This document shows, in pieces, positions 31,142 through 42,323 of a DNA stretch of 64,000 nt. Where the stretch lies: the NCBI GenBank assembly GCA_963663965.2, contig CAXXFK010000029.1, positions 160,001-224,000 on the forward strand, written 5' to 3'. Source of the stretch: Sedimentisphaerales bacterium. Lineage in GTDB: Bacteria; Planctomycetota; Phycisphaerae; Sedimentisphaerales; SM23-30. Below the pieces are notes generated by a model. That model was given only the letters and a program-made list of their open reading frames with translations. It was not told the DNA's origin and did no database searches. Made by a program: the position numbers and the translations under genes. Position 1 is the stretch's first letter. The number at the start of each line of letters is the position of its first letter.

Positions 31142-32026
31142 TTAGGGATTAATCAGGCGCTGGGCCGCGTGTAGGGTATTGAGCATTAACATGGTGATCG
31201 TCATCGGGCCAACGCCGCCGGGAACCGGAGTAATGGCAGAAGCCACTTGGCTGACGCCTTCAAAATCAACGTCGCCCACCAATTTACGTTTGCCTTCGGG
31301 CGTGCGTCCGATTTCATTGACGCCGACATCGATGACTACGGCGCCTGGTTTTACCATATCGGCGGTCACCGCATTGACAACTCCAGCGGCAACGATCAGA
31401 ATGTCCGCCCGCCGGGTATGGGCAGCAGTATCCTTGGTACGAGTATGGCAAATGGTTACTGTGGCATTGGCGCCGGCGGCTTTCTGCAAAAGAATATTGG
31501 CAATGGGTTTTCCGACAATATTACTGCGGCCCACTACAACGACTTCAGCGCCTTCAGTTTGAATACCGCTACGCATCAGCATCTGCTGGATGCCATAAGG
31601 CGTGCAGGGCAGGTAGCCCGGTTCGCCAATGACCATACGACCGACATTAACGGGATGGAATCCGTCGACATCTTTATCCGGGTCGATCGCATAGAGAACC
31701 TTGGTTTCATTTATATGTTTCGGCAGGGGCAGCTGAACCAGAATGCCGTGTATGGTCTTATCCTGGTTATAACGTTCAATTAATGCCAGCAATTCACTTT
31801 CTGATATGTTCGCAGGAATGTTTTCCTGAACCGAATGGTAACCGAGATCATGCGCGGTTTTCTGTTTGGCACGTACATAGCTTTCTGACGCGGGGTTATC
31901 ACCGACCAAAATAGTCACGAGCCCGGGAACCATCCCTTTCTGGGCGACTAGCGAATCGACTTCTTTACGAATTTCCTGACGAATTTCCTCGGCAATGTCT
32001 TTGCCTTTTATCAATCTGGCCGTCAT
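31142..32026 (-). CDS. folD: Methylenetetrahydrofolate dehydrogenase/cyclohydrolase
   Basis: YVRAK, GILVQLPLP, KDVDGFHP, PCTP, GRSNIVGKP, TPVPGGVGPMT. Confidence 0.97.
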   Translation of the reverse strand: MTARLIKGKDIAEEIRQEIRKEVDSLVAQKGMVPGLVTILVGDNPASESYVRAKQKTAHDLGYHSVQENIPANISESELLALIERYNQDKTIHGILVQLPLPKHINETKVLYAIDPDKDVDGFHPVNVGRMVIGEPGYLPCTPYGIQQMLMRSGIQTEGAEVVVVGRSNIVGKPIANILLQKAAGANATVTICHTRTKDTAAHTRRADILIVAAGVVNAVTADMVKPGAVVIDVGVNEIGRTPEGKRKLVGDVDFEGVSQVASAITPVPGGVGPMTITMLMLNTLHAAQRLINP

Positions 32027-32107
32027 GATCAAGCTCCTGTCAAAGAGAGTGAATTTGACAAAAGCACGATCATAACAGAAAAGTCAGCATCGAGCAATAA
32101 AAAACGT

Positions 32108-32212
32108 TATACCCATCGGGCGTGGAAATATTCGATTGCACGCAAGCCAGGTTTTTACTCGTTAAAGGCTTATTTTGTGGCCAGGCGGGCAGATCATTTT
32201 GATTTGGGAATA
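32108..32212 (+). repeat. MITE/ERIC-like intergenic repeat, copy B
   Basis: TATACCCATCGGGCGTGGAAATATTCGATTGCACGCAAG-hairpin-GGCCAGGCGGGC...GGAATA. Confidence 0.75.
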
Positions 32213-32242
32213 AACATATATCCGTGAAAATTCTTGCGGATT

Positions 32243-33154
32243 TTAGCCGTAAACTGCAATACGATTTTTTCCATTGCCCTTTGCTTTATATAGCGCCGAA
32301 TCAGCCATTTGTTTGAGTTGCTCAATAGTGAGGGGGTGGTCACGAAGCAAACTGGCCAGTCCAATGCTAAGGCGCGGCAGGATATCGGTTTCGCAAATAG
32401 TCTGGCGGCAATGATCTTTGATATAAAGCTCGACTTCCCGAGCAAACATGCGTCTAATGCGGTCAGCGAGGGATAAGCCCTGTTTAGCACTGCAGTCGGG
32501 CAATACCAGAATGAATTCATCACCACCAAAACGGGCACAGAGATCCGATGATCGGGTACTGGCCCGCAGCAGTTCGCCAATGAAAGCGATTACCTTATCG
32601 CCCGCCTGGTGTCCCCATTGATCGTTCGTTTCTTTGAAGTGATCGACATCGATCATGATCATGCAGAGGTCAGTACCTGATTCCACAGCTTTATCGAAAA
32701 GCTCGTGCGATTTTAAATTCAGATATTTCCGATTGGAAAGGCCGGATAAATCATCGACTGACGCCGTTCTGGAAACCTGTTTCAGTTGACGATTGAGATC
32801 CTGGGTGCGATGCCATACCTGGTTTTCGATGCCGGCTTGAGCCCGGTTTGCGTTGATTTTTTCACGATCCAGCGCCGCGTAAATCAAGTTGAACTCGTGG
32901 ATCAATTTATTGGCAATCTGATTGGGTGTGATCGGTAAGGGGTACTCACATTTTGCGTATCGTAATGAGGTGATTAGATGGACCGTTTGTTTGAGATAGC
33001 GACGATCCTGATAGATCTTCCAGAATACCCAGAGTTGCAGGTATAATACCATCAGCCAGATGGTTTGTAATTGAAAGCCACAAAATAAGATCAGTCCTAA
33101 GAGACAGATAAATCCTATGGTAAAGATTATGTCATGACGGCTGGCGCGGTACAT
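32243..33154 (-). CDS. Membrane-anchored diguanylate cyclase
   Basis: Two N-terminal TMs, DDLSGLSNR, DVDHFKETND..GH, RSSD I-site, RFGGDEF, ADSALYKAK. Confidence 0.93.
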   Translation of the reverse strand: MYRASRHDIIFTIGFICLLGLILFCGFQLQTIWLMVLYLQLWVFWKIYQDRRYLKQTVHLITSLRYAKCEYPLPITPNQIANKLIHEFNLIYAALDREKINANRAQAGIENQVWHRTQDLNRQLKQVSRTASVDDLSGLSNRKYLNLKSHELFDKAVESGTDLCMIMIDVDHFKETNDQWGHQAGDKVIAFIGELLRASTRSSDLCARFGGDEFILVLPDCSAKQGLSLADRIRRMFAREVELYIKDHCRQTICETDILPRLSIGLASLLRDHPLTIEQLKQMADSALYKAKGNGKNRIAVYG

Positions 33155-33423
33155 TGCATATCTCCTGGGTTGGGGGAATCATCGTCTGGTCTGAACGTGG
33201 AAAGAGAAGCAATCCTTGCCGGCGTTCGGAGATATCGCTTAACGATATCAATAGAAGTCTAAAATATAACCCGGAATAATGATGTGAAAATGTAAGCCAA
33301 TCACAAGCTTATCTAAAAAATAAAATTCCGATAATCGTTACACATGATTTGAAACGTACAGACAGCGCGAGGGAAGAAGCAGTTTGGTTAAGTTGTTGAG
33401 AACGATTCGAGTTTGTCTTCGGC

Positions 33424-34323
33424 TTATTGAAGCCAATTGCCTGTGTAGACTTCTGTGGCCGGTCCTGCCATATAAACATGATTATCGGTCTCGTTCCATT
33501 GCAGGAATAGATCGCCACCGGGCAGATGAGCAGTAATCTGACGGGAAGTTTTACTGGCGAGTACGCCTGCCACACAGACTGCCGAAGCGCCGGTACCGCA
33601 GGCCAGCGTGATGCCGCTACCGCGTTCCCAGGTTCTTACGACGACTTCTGATTCACTGATAACCTGGACAAAATGGGCATTGACACGCTGGGGAAATAAT
33701 TTATGTTTTTCTATTAGTGGTCCTAATTGTTCCAATGGGACGGCTTTGACATCGGGCACAAAAAAAACGGCATGAGGATTTCCCATGGATACACAGGTCA
33801 TTAAAAAATGGTAGGCATCGATTTGAAAGGGGATGCCAACAGCCTGCAGGCCTGTGACATTTACGGGGATTTCCCCCGGTAATAAGATGGGGGTTCCCAT
33901 ATCGACGCATACCTGGCTGACGGAATTGTTTTCAATTCCAAGTCCCAGGGTTAAGACGCCGTTACCCGTTTCAACTTTCATTTCACGAAATTGAGGAATA
34001 TGGGGAAAACCATTTTTAAGAATATCAATACAGGCAGACTGTTCCAATTCCTGACCAGTCGTCAGGCCATGGTCATAGCTGTATTTGGCAACGCAACGAA
34101 TGCCGTTGCCGCACATTTCTGACTCGGAACCGTCCGCATTGAACATTCGCATCCGAACATCCGCTTTTTCAGATGGCATAATAAGAATCAAACCGTCTGA
34201 ACCCACAGAAAACCGCCTGACGCTGACCGCTTGAGCCAGAGAAACCGGATCGGTTACGGTTTCTTCAAAACAATTGACATATACATAATCGTTGCCCAGG
34301 CCATGCATTTTGGTAAAGCGCAT
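33424..34323 (-). CDS. dapF: Diaminopimelate epimerase
   Basis: FTKMHGLGNDY, EMCGNGIRC, SMGNPH, WERGSGITLACGTGA. Confidence 0.97.
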   Translation of the reverse strand: MRFTKMHGLGNDYVYVNCFEETVTDPVSLAQAVSVRRFSVGSDGLILIMPSEKADVRMRMFNADGSESEMCGNGIRCVAKYSYDHGLTTGQELEQSACIDILKNGFPHIPQFREMKVETGNGVLTLGLGIENNSVSQVCVDMGTPILLPGEIPVNVTGLQAVGIPFQIDAYHFLMTCVSMGNPHAVFFVPDVKAVPLEQLGPLIEKHKLFPQRVNAHFVQVISESEVVVRTWERGSGITLACGTGASAVCVAGVLASKTSRQITAHLPGGDLFLQWNETDNHVYMAGPATEVYTGNWLQ

Positions 34324-34466
34324 GATTATCCTTTTTGTTTTCTATTTATCTGTCAGGCAATAAGTTATAAAATAACGCAGTTGAAATAACTATATAATAA
34401 ACTTACGCGGATTATAGCAATTACCCATGATAAAATCAAAGGTTTTCAGAGGAAGCATTTGATCGA

Positions 34467-34838
34467 TTAGATGGATAAATCGATATGGGTTCCCGGAGGG
34501 GTGTCCTCTTCGGATTGATGGGGATTTTCTGATGAAGGGGGAGACTCCGTTGTGGGAGAATATAGTTTTGAACTTATATTTTCTTCGTGCCGGCGATATT
34601 CATCCTGTGTTTCCCGGCCATCTTGCTCACGGTCATCCTGTCTTCTAATGACCACTTCATCAGTCTGCTCGGTATTTTCGACCTCTTCCTGATGTTGCTC
34701 GGAGAGTCTGCGTATCTGGCGGGATTCCTGGGCTTCCTGGCTACGACGGGCATTTTCTTTTTTAGTTACATCTTTTGAAGCGGTCTGGCTCTGCAGGATT
34801 GAGCCCATGATATTCATATTGGGCGGAATGTTTGTCAT
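34467..34838 (-). CDS. Small hydrophilic hypothetical protein ending G-x-H-I-D-L-S-I
   Basis: 123 aa, rich in E/Q/R/S, low complexity; fills the gap between dapF and the GH78 gene. Confidence 0.65.
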   Translation of the reverse strand: MTNIPPNMNIMGSILQSQTASKDVTKKENARRSQEAQESRQIRRLSEQHQEEVENTEQTDEVVIRRQDDREQDGRETQDEYRRHEENISSKLYSPTTESPPSSENPHQSEEDTPPGTHIDLSI

Positions 34839-35078
34839 ACCATTGTCTGGTTAAGGTAAATCATGAAACTACATAATTTATATCGACATTTTATGGATTT
34901 ATTAGGGAGATTTAATTATTTTATAAAATTATAGGGCCAGCTTTTATACTGGATCGATTGGCTATAAAACTTGCTATTGGGCCTACCAGCAATTAGTGAG
35001 CTGATATAGTTAATATTTAATAAAATGAAGATATCAAGTGAATGTAACTGAAGAGAACTTATTTCGAGAACAATATTT

Positions 35079-37899
35079 ATGGTACTAATAACCATTAAAT
35101 TCAATGTCCGGTTGAGAATATTACTACTATCGCTGTGTACAACATGTCTGACTGGACAAACCGTAATCGGTAATACTGATTATATTTCACAGGCCCAAAG
35201 CGATATAACCGTATCTGGATTACGCTGCGAATATTTATCGGAGCCTTTGGGTATTGATATTACAAAGCCAGGATTGTCGTGGGTGTTAAATTCTCAGGTC
35301 AGGGGTCAGAAACAAACAGCATATCAAGTAATCGTTTCATCGACTAAGAGTAAGAGTGATGAGAATATCGGTGATTTATGGGATAGCGGAAAGGTGTTTT
35401 TGCGGCAATCAATTCATGTGGCGTATGATGGTATTGATTTGAAATCCGGTCAGGATTGCTACTGGAAAGTACGGATTTGGGATAAAGCGGGAGGTATTTC
35501 AAGGTGGAGCAAAACCGCACATTGGAGCATGGGATTACTGGTTCCGGAGGCATGGAGGGCTAAATGGATTGGACTGGCTGAAGATTCAGGCGAGGCGACA
35601 ACTCTCTATCCATTACCGGTTTTTCGAAAGCGATTTGCTTTTCAAAAAGAGATTCTGAAAGCCGAAGTGTCCGTATGTGGATTGGGGCAATATGAGCTTT
35701 TTCTCAACGGAGAAAAAGTTGGAACAGATTATCTAGCGCCGGCATGGTCGGTTTATGATAAAACGGTTTATTATAATACCTATGATATAACCCATCTGCT
35801 TCGAGAAGGGGAAAACGCTATGGGTGTTTTGCTGGGAAAAGGATTTTACTGTACTGCCGGAGATCGAAGGATTCATGGGGTCAATGTGGATCGGCCGTTG
35901 ATGTTGATATTACAGGCGAAATTGACCTATCATGATGGTACTGAAGAATTGATACTTTCCGATGAAAGCTGGAAGGTGGCCCGGGGACCTATAACGCATT
36001 GTGCCATACTGGGTGGGAGTGATTATGATGCCAGGACTGTTACCGGAAAACTGGAATATGTCTTCCTTTGATGATACCTGCTGGCAGCAAGCCCGGATTT
36101 TGTCTGGTCCGGGCGGGCAGCTGCGAGCTTCCGTTTTTCCAGCGATGGGGGCAATAGCATCCTTTAAGCCCAGAAAAATAGATGAACCGGAACCCGGTTA
36201 CTTTGTTTATGACTTCGGGCAGAACATTTCAGCCAAACCCCGATTAACCGTCAGAGGTAAGGCCGGACAAGTGGTGCGTTTAACCCCTTCCGAGCAGAGG
36301 TTTGGCCAGACTGGGGTAACCAATGATGGAAAAGGCAGGGTGAATCAGGCCGGTGTGGGAAAACCTAATTACTGGGAATATACTCTCAAGGGAGGGGGAG
36401 AAGAGGTCTGGTCGCCCCAGTTTACCTATAGTGGCTTTCAATATCTGGAAGTGTCTGGCGCCGTACCCGTGGGGCAAGCGAATCCAAACGATTTGCCTGT
36501 GGTGGTTGATCTGGTCTCCTTGCAGGTGCGTAATCGTGTGGAGCAGGCCGGGGTATTTCGTTGTTCCGATCAACGGATCAATGATATCAACCGATTGATT
36601 GACTGGGCGGTGCAAAGTAATCTTGGCCATGTTCTGACGGATTGCCCGCATCGGGAAAAGCTGGGCTGGCTGGAAGTGAGTTATCTGATGGGGCCATCGA
36701 TTTCATGGAATTATGACATAGCGGCATTTTATACTAAAATCATACAGGATATCAAAGATTCCCAGGATGCGGATGGCTGTATCTATACTGTTGCCCCCAA
36801 TTATCCAAATTTTTCGGGAGGATTTCGTTATTCACCCGAGTGGGGCGCCGCGGGGGTATTTTTACCCTGGCATCTTTATCAATGGTACGGTGATCGCCGG
36901 ATACTCGAACAGAGTTACGATATGATGAAACGTTATGTTGATTATATGGCCAATACCGCAGACGATTTGATCGCCAGGCCCGGATTGGGGGACTGGTATG
37001 ATTACGGTCATGATCAGCCTTTGGGGGCATCACGTTTTACGCCAACGACTTTGACGGCCAGCGCGACGTTTTATGGGTGCTGTAAGATTGTGGCGGATAC
37101 TGCCGAAATTATTGGAAAGCAGGACGATCAGCAGGTCTATAGGGCGTTGAGTAAGAAAATTAAAGCGGCTTTTAATCGCACGTTTTACCAGGGAGACGGA
37201 AACTACCAGAATCAAGGGAGTCCCCAAACGGCGAATGCCATGGCCCTGGTATTGGGCTTGACATCCAGTGAAACTGAGTCCCTGGTAATGGATCGAATCC
37301 TGGAGGATTTGCGCGTCCGGGGTAATCAGCAGACAGCCGGTGACATCGGTTATCATTATCTGGTTGAGGCACTCAGGCGATATGGCCAATCCGAGGCGTT
37401 GTATCGAATATTGGATCGTACGGACCTGGGTAGTTATGGTTATATTATCAATCAGGGTTGGACCAGCATGCCGGAAGCCTGGAACGCTCATCTGGCCTCT
37501 TCTATGAATCACTGTATGCTGGGCCATATCCAGCAATGGTTTTATGATGGGTTAGGGGGAATTACTCCAGAGAAGCCTGGTTTCGAGTCGTTTCGAATTC
37601 AGCCGGAATTTGTTGGCGATATTGATCAGTGTTCCTGTGAATATATGTCATTGTATGGGAAAATAATCTGCCAGTGGCAAAAAGCCGGTCAACAATTAGA
37701 ATTGTTTGTTACGGTTCCGGTCAATACGACAGCCACCCTGGTTCTGCCCAGTCTGCCAGAGACTGTGCTGGTTGAGGGGGGGCGGGCGATTGATCAGGCG
37801 CCTGGGATTCATTCGATCGATAAAAAGAGATTGAAACAGGAGTTGGTCCTGGGATCGGGACAATATTGCTTTGAATTACACCCCTCCCAGTCGCCATGA
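35079..37899 (+). CDS. Alpha-L-rhamnosidase-like GH78 protein, frameshift near 36033-36036
   Basis: LRCEY..PLGID, DLWDSGK, GLGQYEL, DYDAR/LLPENW junction, DFGQN, TDCPHREKLGW, LGDWY, SMNHCMLG. Confidence 0.88.
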
Positions 37900-37912
37900 T
37901 TAAGGACAACTC

Positions 37913-38690
37913 CTAAGGTTTGACGAATGGAAATCCGGATCCAGGGTTGAATTTGATAATTCGATTAAAAAGGTTGCGATACGATCGCAGACCAGATCAA
38001 GATAACGCTGTCCCGCTTCGGCAGAAGCCCCCTGGGGATTGCCGGCGGCGCAGTGGTCATTCATGCGGCTGAAACGCCGGCTGGTGCGGACCCATTTCTG
38101 GCGAAGAGCTTCGAAACGGTAGGGAGGGGTGGCTCCCGATTGGGCGTTTTGGGATTCGACCAGTTCCGGATAGAGCGCCAGGGCAACCGAGGTTTCCATA
38201 ATACCGGCGTGATCATCGGGTTTGTCGAAAAATTCATCATAGCGGTCTGAGCCAACCTGCCACCAGTTGCATTGAAACAGGTGGGCATCCAGCCGGCATT
38301 GTGTTTGGCGGATAAAGGTCGAAAAATCATTGCCACCGTGGCCATTGAGCAGCAGGATTTTGTGGATATTATGGTGGACTAAAGAGAGGATGATATCGGT
38401 TAGTATGGCTTCGAGGCTGTTTTGGGAGACGTGGATCACACCGGGGGAAGTCAAGCAGATTGCAATTAATGCCAAACGGGATGCCGGGCAGGCAAAGCAC
38501 GTTAGGCGATTTTTCCCAGGCCAGTTCACAACAGCGTTGTGCAACCCAGGTCGTATGTAAAAAATCCTGGCCGATCGGCAGATGGTAGTTATGGCATTCT
38601 GTGGCTCCCAATGGAATCACGGCCGTCTGAAAATTGATGTTTTTTGATACGATAGAGATTCGTTTTGCTCAAGTCCCAGTCATTTATCAT
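37913..38690 (-). CDS. Creatininase (creatinine amidohydrolase) family protein, about three frameshifts
   Basis: Stitched frames give MINDWDL...AVIPLGATECHNYHLPIGQD...NGHGGND...HAGIMETS; breaks near 38640, 38445 and 37930. Confidence 0.8.
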
Positions 38691-38886
38691 CAGATAACTC
38701 CACATGGTGATTTGTTTATAATATCAAAATATCAAGATATTATAGCGATATAATCGGTCCGATAAAGAGTAAAGAGGTAATATTTGCTAAAAACAACAAA
38801 TTACGTAAGTCATTATATAATAAATTTTAAAGTATAAATGAATGTAGTCAAAAATAGGCGTTACTGTGATATTAATGATAATAATG

Positions 38887-38911
38887 ATGTTATTATTTGC
38901 AATAATAACAT
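38887..38911. promoter_or_regulatory. Perfect AT-rich inverted repeat, candidate operator
   Basis: ATGTTATTATT-TGC-AATAATAACAT (11-bp arms), 19 nt upstream of the regulator start. Confidence 0.45.
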
Positions 38912-38930
38912 TCTGTGATATAATTGTATT

Positions 38931-40014
38931 ATGATTCAAGATGCCCCTAATAAAACAAATCCTGAGATTCTGGCTGACCGGTTGGTTCAAGATATGAGAA
39001 GGCGTGGGTTGGAGCCGGGGTGAAAAGTATCTGATTGCCAAAGACGCCAGTGATTTATTTGAAGAACACATCATAACCGTTCATCGGGCCATGAAGATTC
39101 TGGCGGATAAGGAGATATTAGTACGACAACGTCGAAAGGGGACCTATGTGGGCCCGAATTTTACCCGGTATCCGGGTGAGCAGCGATCGCCATTGAATGC
39201 GGTTCATGTCATGATGGCGATGGATTATTATCAGACATCAGGCTTCCCGGTTAATGATTTGATCGATGGGATTAAGGCGATGCTGCCAACGGCGCCGATC
39301 CAGGTGCATTACGTACCGGATCATGATTCACTGGGATACACCCGGGATGTTCTGAATCAGATACAGAGCCGTCGTTATCCCGAGGGCATGGTATTAATCC
39401 GCAGTTCGCGGGCCGTGCAGGAATTGGTGGCGGAGCGTCAGATACCAGCGGGGGTATTTGGCAATGTCTATCCGGGAATCGGGAGTTTGCCCTGGCTGGA
39501 TGTGGATCAGGAGATGACAGGGCGTTTAATGGCTTCGTATGCATTGAAAGCGGGGCGTCGTAAATTTGCTTTATTAATGCGGAGCGAATGGCGACGCGGT
39601 GATAATCTGTTGTTAAATGGGGTAACCCGGTGTCTGGGCCAGGCGGGATTGAATATGGACTCGATGACCACCCTGAGTGTGCCATCGGAATTGGAAACGA
39701 TCGAACATGAAGTGAATAATTTGCTGGGCCAACCGGATGCTCCCACGGCCATTTTGTGCCGGGGTGATTATCATGCGGATATTGTGGTCCGGATTGCCCG
39801 AAATTGCGGTCTGGTACCAGGCCGGGATTTAACCGTGGTGAGCGGCGCCCATATGCGACATGATGACCATCAGAATTATCCTTATATTGTGCCAAGAATG
39901 AATAACCGGCAGCAGGTCCAGGAATTGATCCGTATGTTATGTGACAAAGTTGAAGGAAAACCGCAGACGAGCAGTTATGTGATTGTCCCGGTGACTATCA
40001 ATGAGCCTCATTGA
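38931..40014 (+). CDS. GntR-type HTH plus periplasmic-binding-protein-like sensor domain regulator, frameshift at 39017-39020
   Basis: MIQDAP...LEPG/EKYL...TVHRAMKILADKEILVRQRRKGTYV, then LacI-like C-terminus (PTAILC, VPGRDLTVV). Confidence 0.85.
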
Positions 40015-40206
40015 TAAATTTTTGACTTATTCTGTCTGCCAATATCACCAGATTCCACAGGTGAGCCAATTTTCAAACTGACAGTCGCCTGGTACTTTAG
40101 TTCATGAATGTCAGTTGTTAACAGGAGGCTGAATTTTATTATTGATTAATTCGATATCGCGTCTAAATAATCTCAAAGGACCATTTTGTAAACAGGAGAT
40201 GTAGTT

Positions 40207-42145
40207 ATGTTCAACAAAACGTTATTGTCAATTCTGGTGGTATGTTGTGTTTCCAGTCTGATTCAGGGCAAGGTGATCTTTCAGGATGATTTTGAATCTT
40301 ATCCGATCGCCAATCCTTATGTTTTTGCCGCTGGTGAGCCCTGGACAACCAGCAGCGAAGCCAGAGATGCGACCCGCACCTTTGTGACTGGCAATATGGG
40401 GGGGACCAATTTATGGGTCTCCAATATTGATGGTACCAAGATAAGTTTGAAGCCTGGAAAAGTGCTGTCGCAGCCAATGACACAATATCGGTTGACATTT
40501 CTGGCGGCTTGTGAGACGTATCGGGCGGACCGGTTATTGAAAGTCGATGTTGAGGTAAAGGTGAATGGCGTCAGTGTGGATAAGTCTCAGGTATCCGATT
40601 ATGAGGGTTTGGTAGCCGCCCAGGTCGTTGCGGGCACTGCGGCCCGGGTCATGGCCCATGGCGATGACTGGCAGCTGGCCGATAGTAAGGATGATCATTA
40701 TTTTAGCCTGGAATTTGCCAGCGGCGTAGCCGGAGGTGATATTGTTGTGGAGATTACGCGGGTGGGGCCGGAAGGTTCCGGCAGCTGGTTCAGTATCGAT
40801 GATGTGACGATCGAAGAGCTGCAATCAGTACGCGGACCGCAATTGGTGGCGCCAGAAGATAAGGCTCAAGATGTGACTGTTACACCCACCTTCGAATGGT
40901 CTGAACCATCACTGGGGACAGTGGATAGTTATACATTAAGCTATTGTGATTGTAATGATTTTGTGGGCGCGACCGTCATTAGTGGTTTGAGCAACCTTAC
41001 TGAAAGTTATACGGTTGTTACACCGCTGGATAATTTCACCACATACTACTGGAAAGTCAGCACCTTATCTTCCGGACAGACGTATGATTCGGCGGTCTGG
41101 TCATTGACCACGCTTCCAGCCAGTCCGGTATTAATGGTTTCACCGGAATCCATAACGCTGGCTGCTGGAGAAACAGTAATGCTGGAGTGTGAAGCGCTGA
41201 ATAATCCAACTTATACCTGGTATCGATCGGCAGACTATTCAAATGCCACTTCAGGGGATGATACAACGGTGGGAACCGGCTCCACGTTGACGTTTACAAT
41301 GGCGCAAGACAAAGAAGGTTTCTACTATTGTATCGCAAATAATTCGGCCGGACAGGCCGTTACCGAGCCGGTTTATGTAATGACGGCTCGTTTGGTTCTG
41401 CATATGCAATTTGAAAACAGTCTGGCAGACAGCGCTATGGGAGCCATTGGAGCATTCTCCGATCCCAATACCAATCCGAATGATCGCTATGTCGCGGATG
41501 GTTATTTTGGCACCGCATTCAGTTTCCAGGGTGATGGTGGCCATGTTGAGTTACCGGGCGGCGATGAATGGGCTTTCTATCCCCAGGGCATTACGTATTT
41601 GTACTGGGCGAAACAGTTGGAGAACACGGGCAATTGGTTATCCGGTGATCAAAGGCAACGCCGGTGAGAATTTCTACGCTCATATTACCTCCAGTTATGA
41701 TGGCGGCGGCGCCATAGCCGGAATGGGCTATTCGATCAATGCCACCGACCTGTTTGAAGATACCGTTGGTGGTGCGCGGACGCCGGCCTGGCATATGGTG
41801 GCGATTACTTATGATGGCGCCACTGAAAGGGTGTATGGTGATGGAGTTCTGACCGCCACTATTGATGGCAAAGCCAACCTGGGCGATCTGGCCGTGCCAT
41901 TGTGTATTGGCGGAAAAGAAAATGGCACTGGAACGCTGAACGGCCTGATCGATGAGGTGCAAATCTACAGTTATGCACTGGATCCGATCAGTATCGCTCA
42001 AATGATGGCCAATGCGACAGGAGAAACTATTTGTACCGGTCCCTTGCCTTACGACTTTAATGATGATTGTGTGGTGGATCTGGCCGATCTGGCGGAATTT
42101 GCCGCCGGTTGGCTGGCAAGCAACCAAGTTCCGCCACAAAACTAA
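40207..42145 (+). CDS. Secreted multidomain protein (N-terminal beta-sandwich, Fn3/Ig-like, LamG, C-terminal dockerin-like motif), frameshift near 41639
   Basis: Signal peptide; TPTFEW...TTYYWKV; Ig-like C..Y.W..YYC; WHMVAITYDG...GLIDEVQIY (LamG); YDFNDDCVVDLADLAEFAAGWL. Confidence 0.8.
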
Positions 42146-42159
42146 AGCCTTTAAATCCA

Positions 42160-42187
42160 GCGACGCCGCCGCATGAGGTGGCGTCGC
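42160..42187 (+). terminator. GC-rich hairpin (terminator or mRNA-stabilising stem)
   Basis: GCGACGCCGCC-gcatga-GGTGGCGTCGC; weak U-tail. Confidence 0.5.
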
Positions 42188-42323
42188 ATCTTAGATGATA
42201 TTAATCCTGTTAAGCGAAGATAACCTGCTGTAAATTCTGGCGTATAACTTGCTTGTGGACCGGAATTGAACTACAAGCATTCCAGCCGTTCATTTCACCA
42301 ATTAACCAACCGAAGATTCCGCC

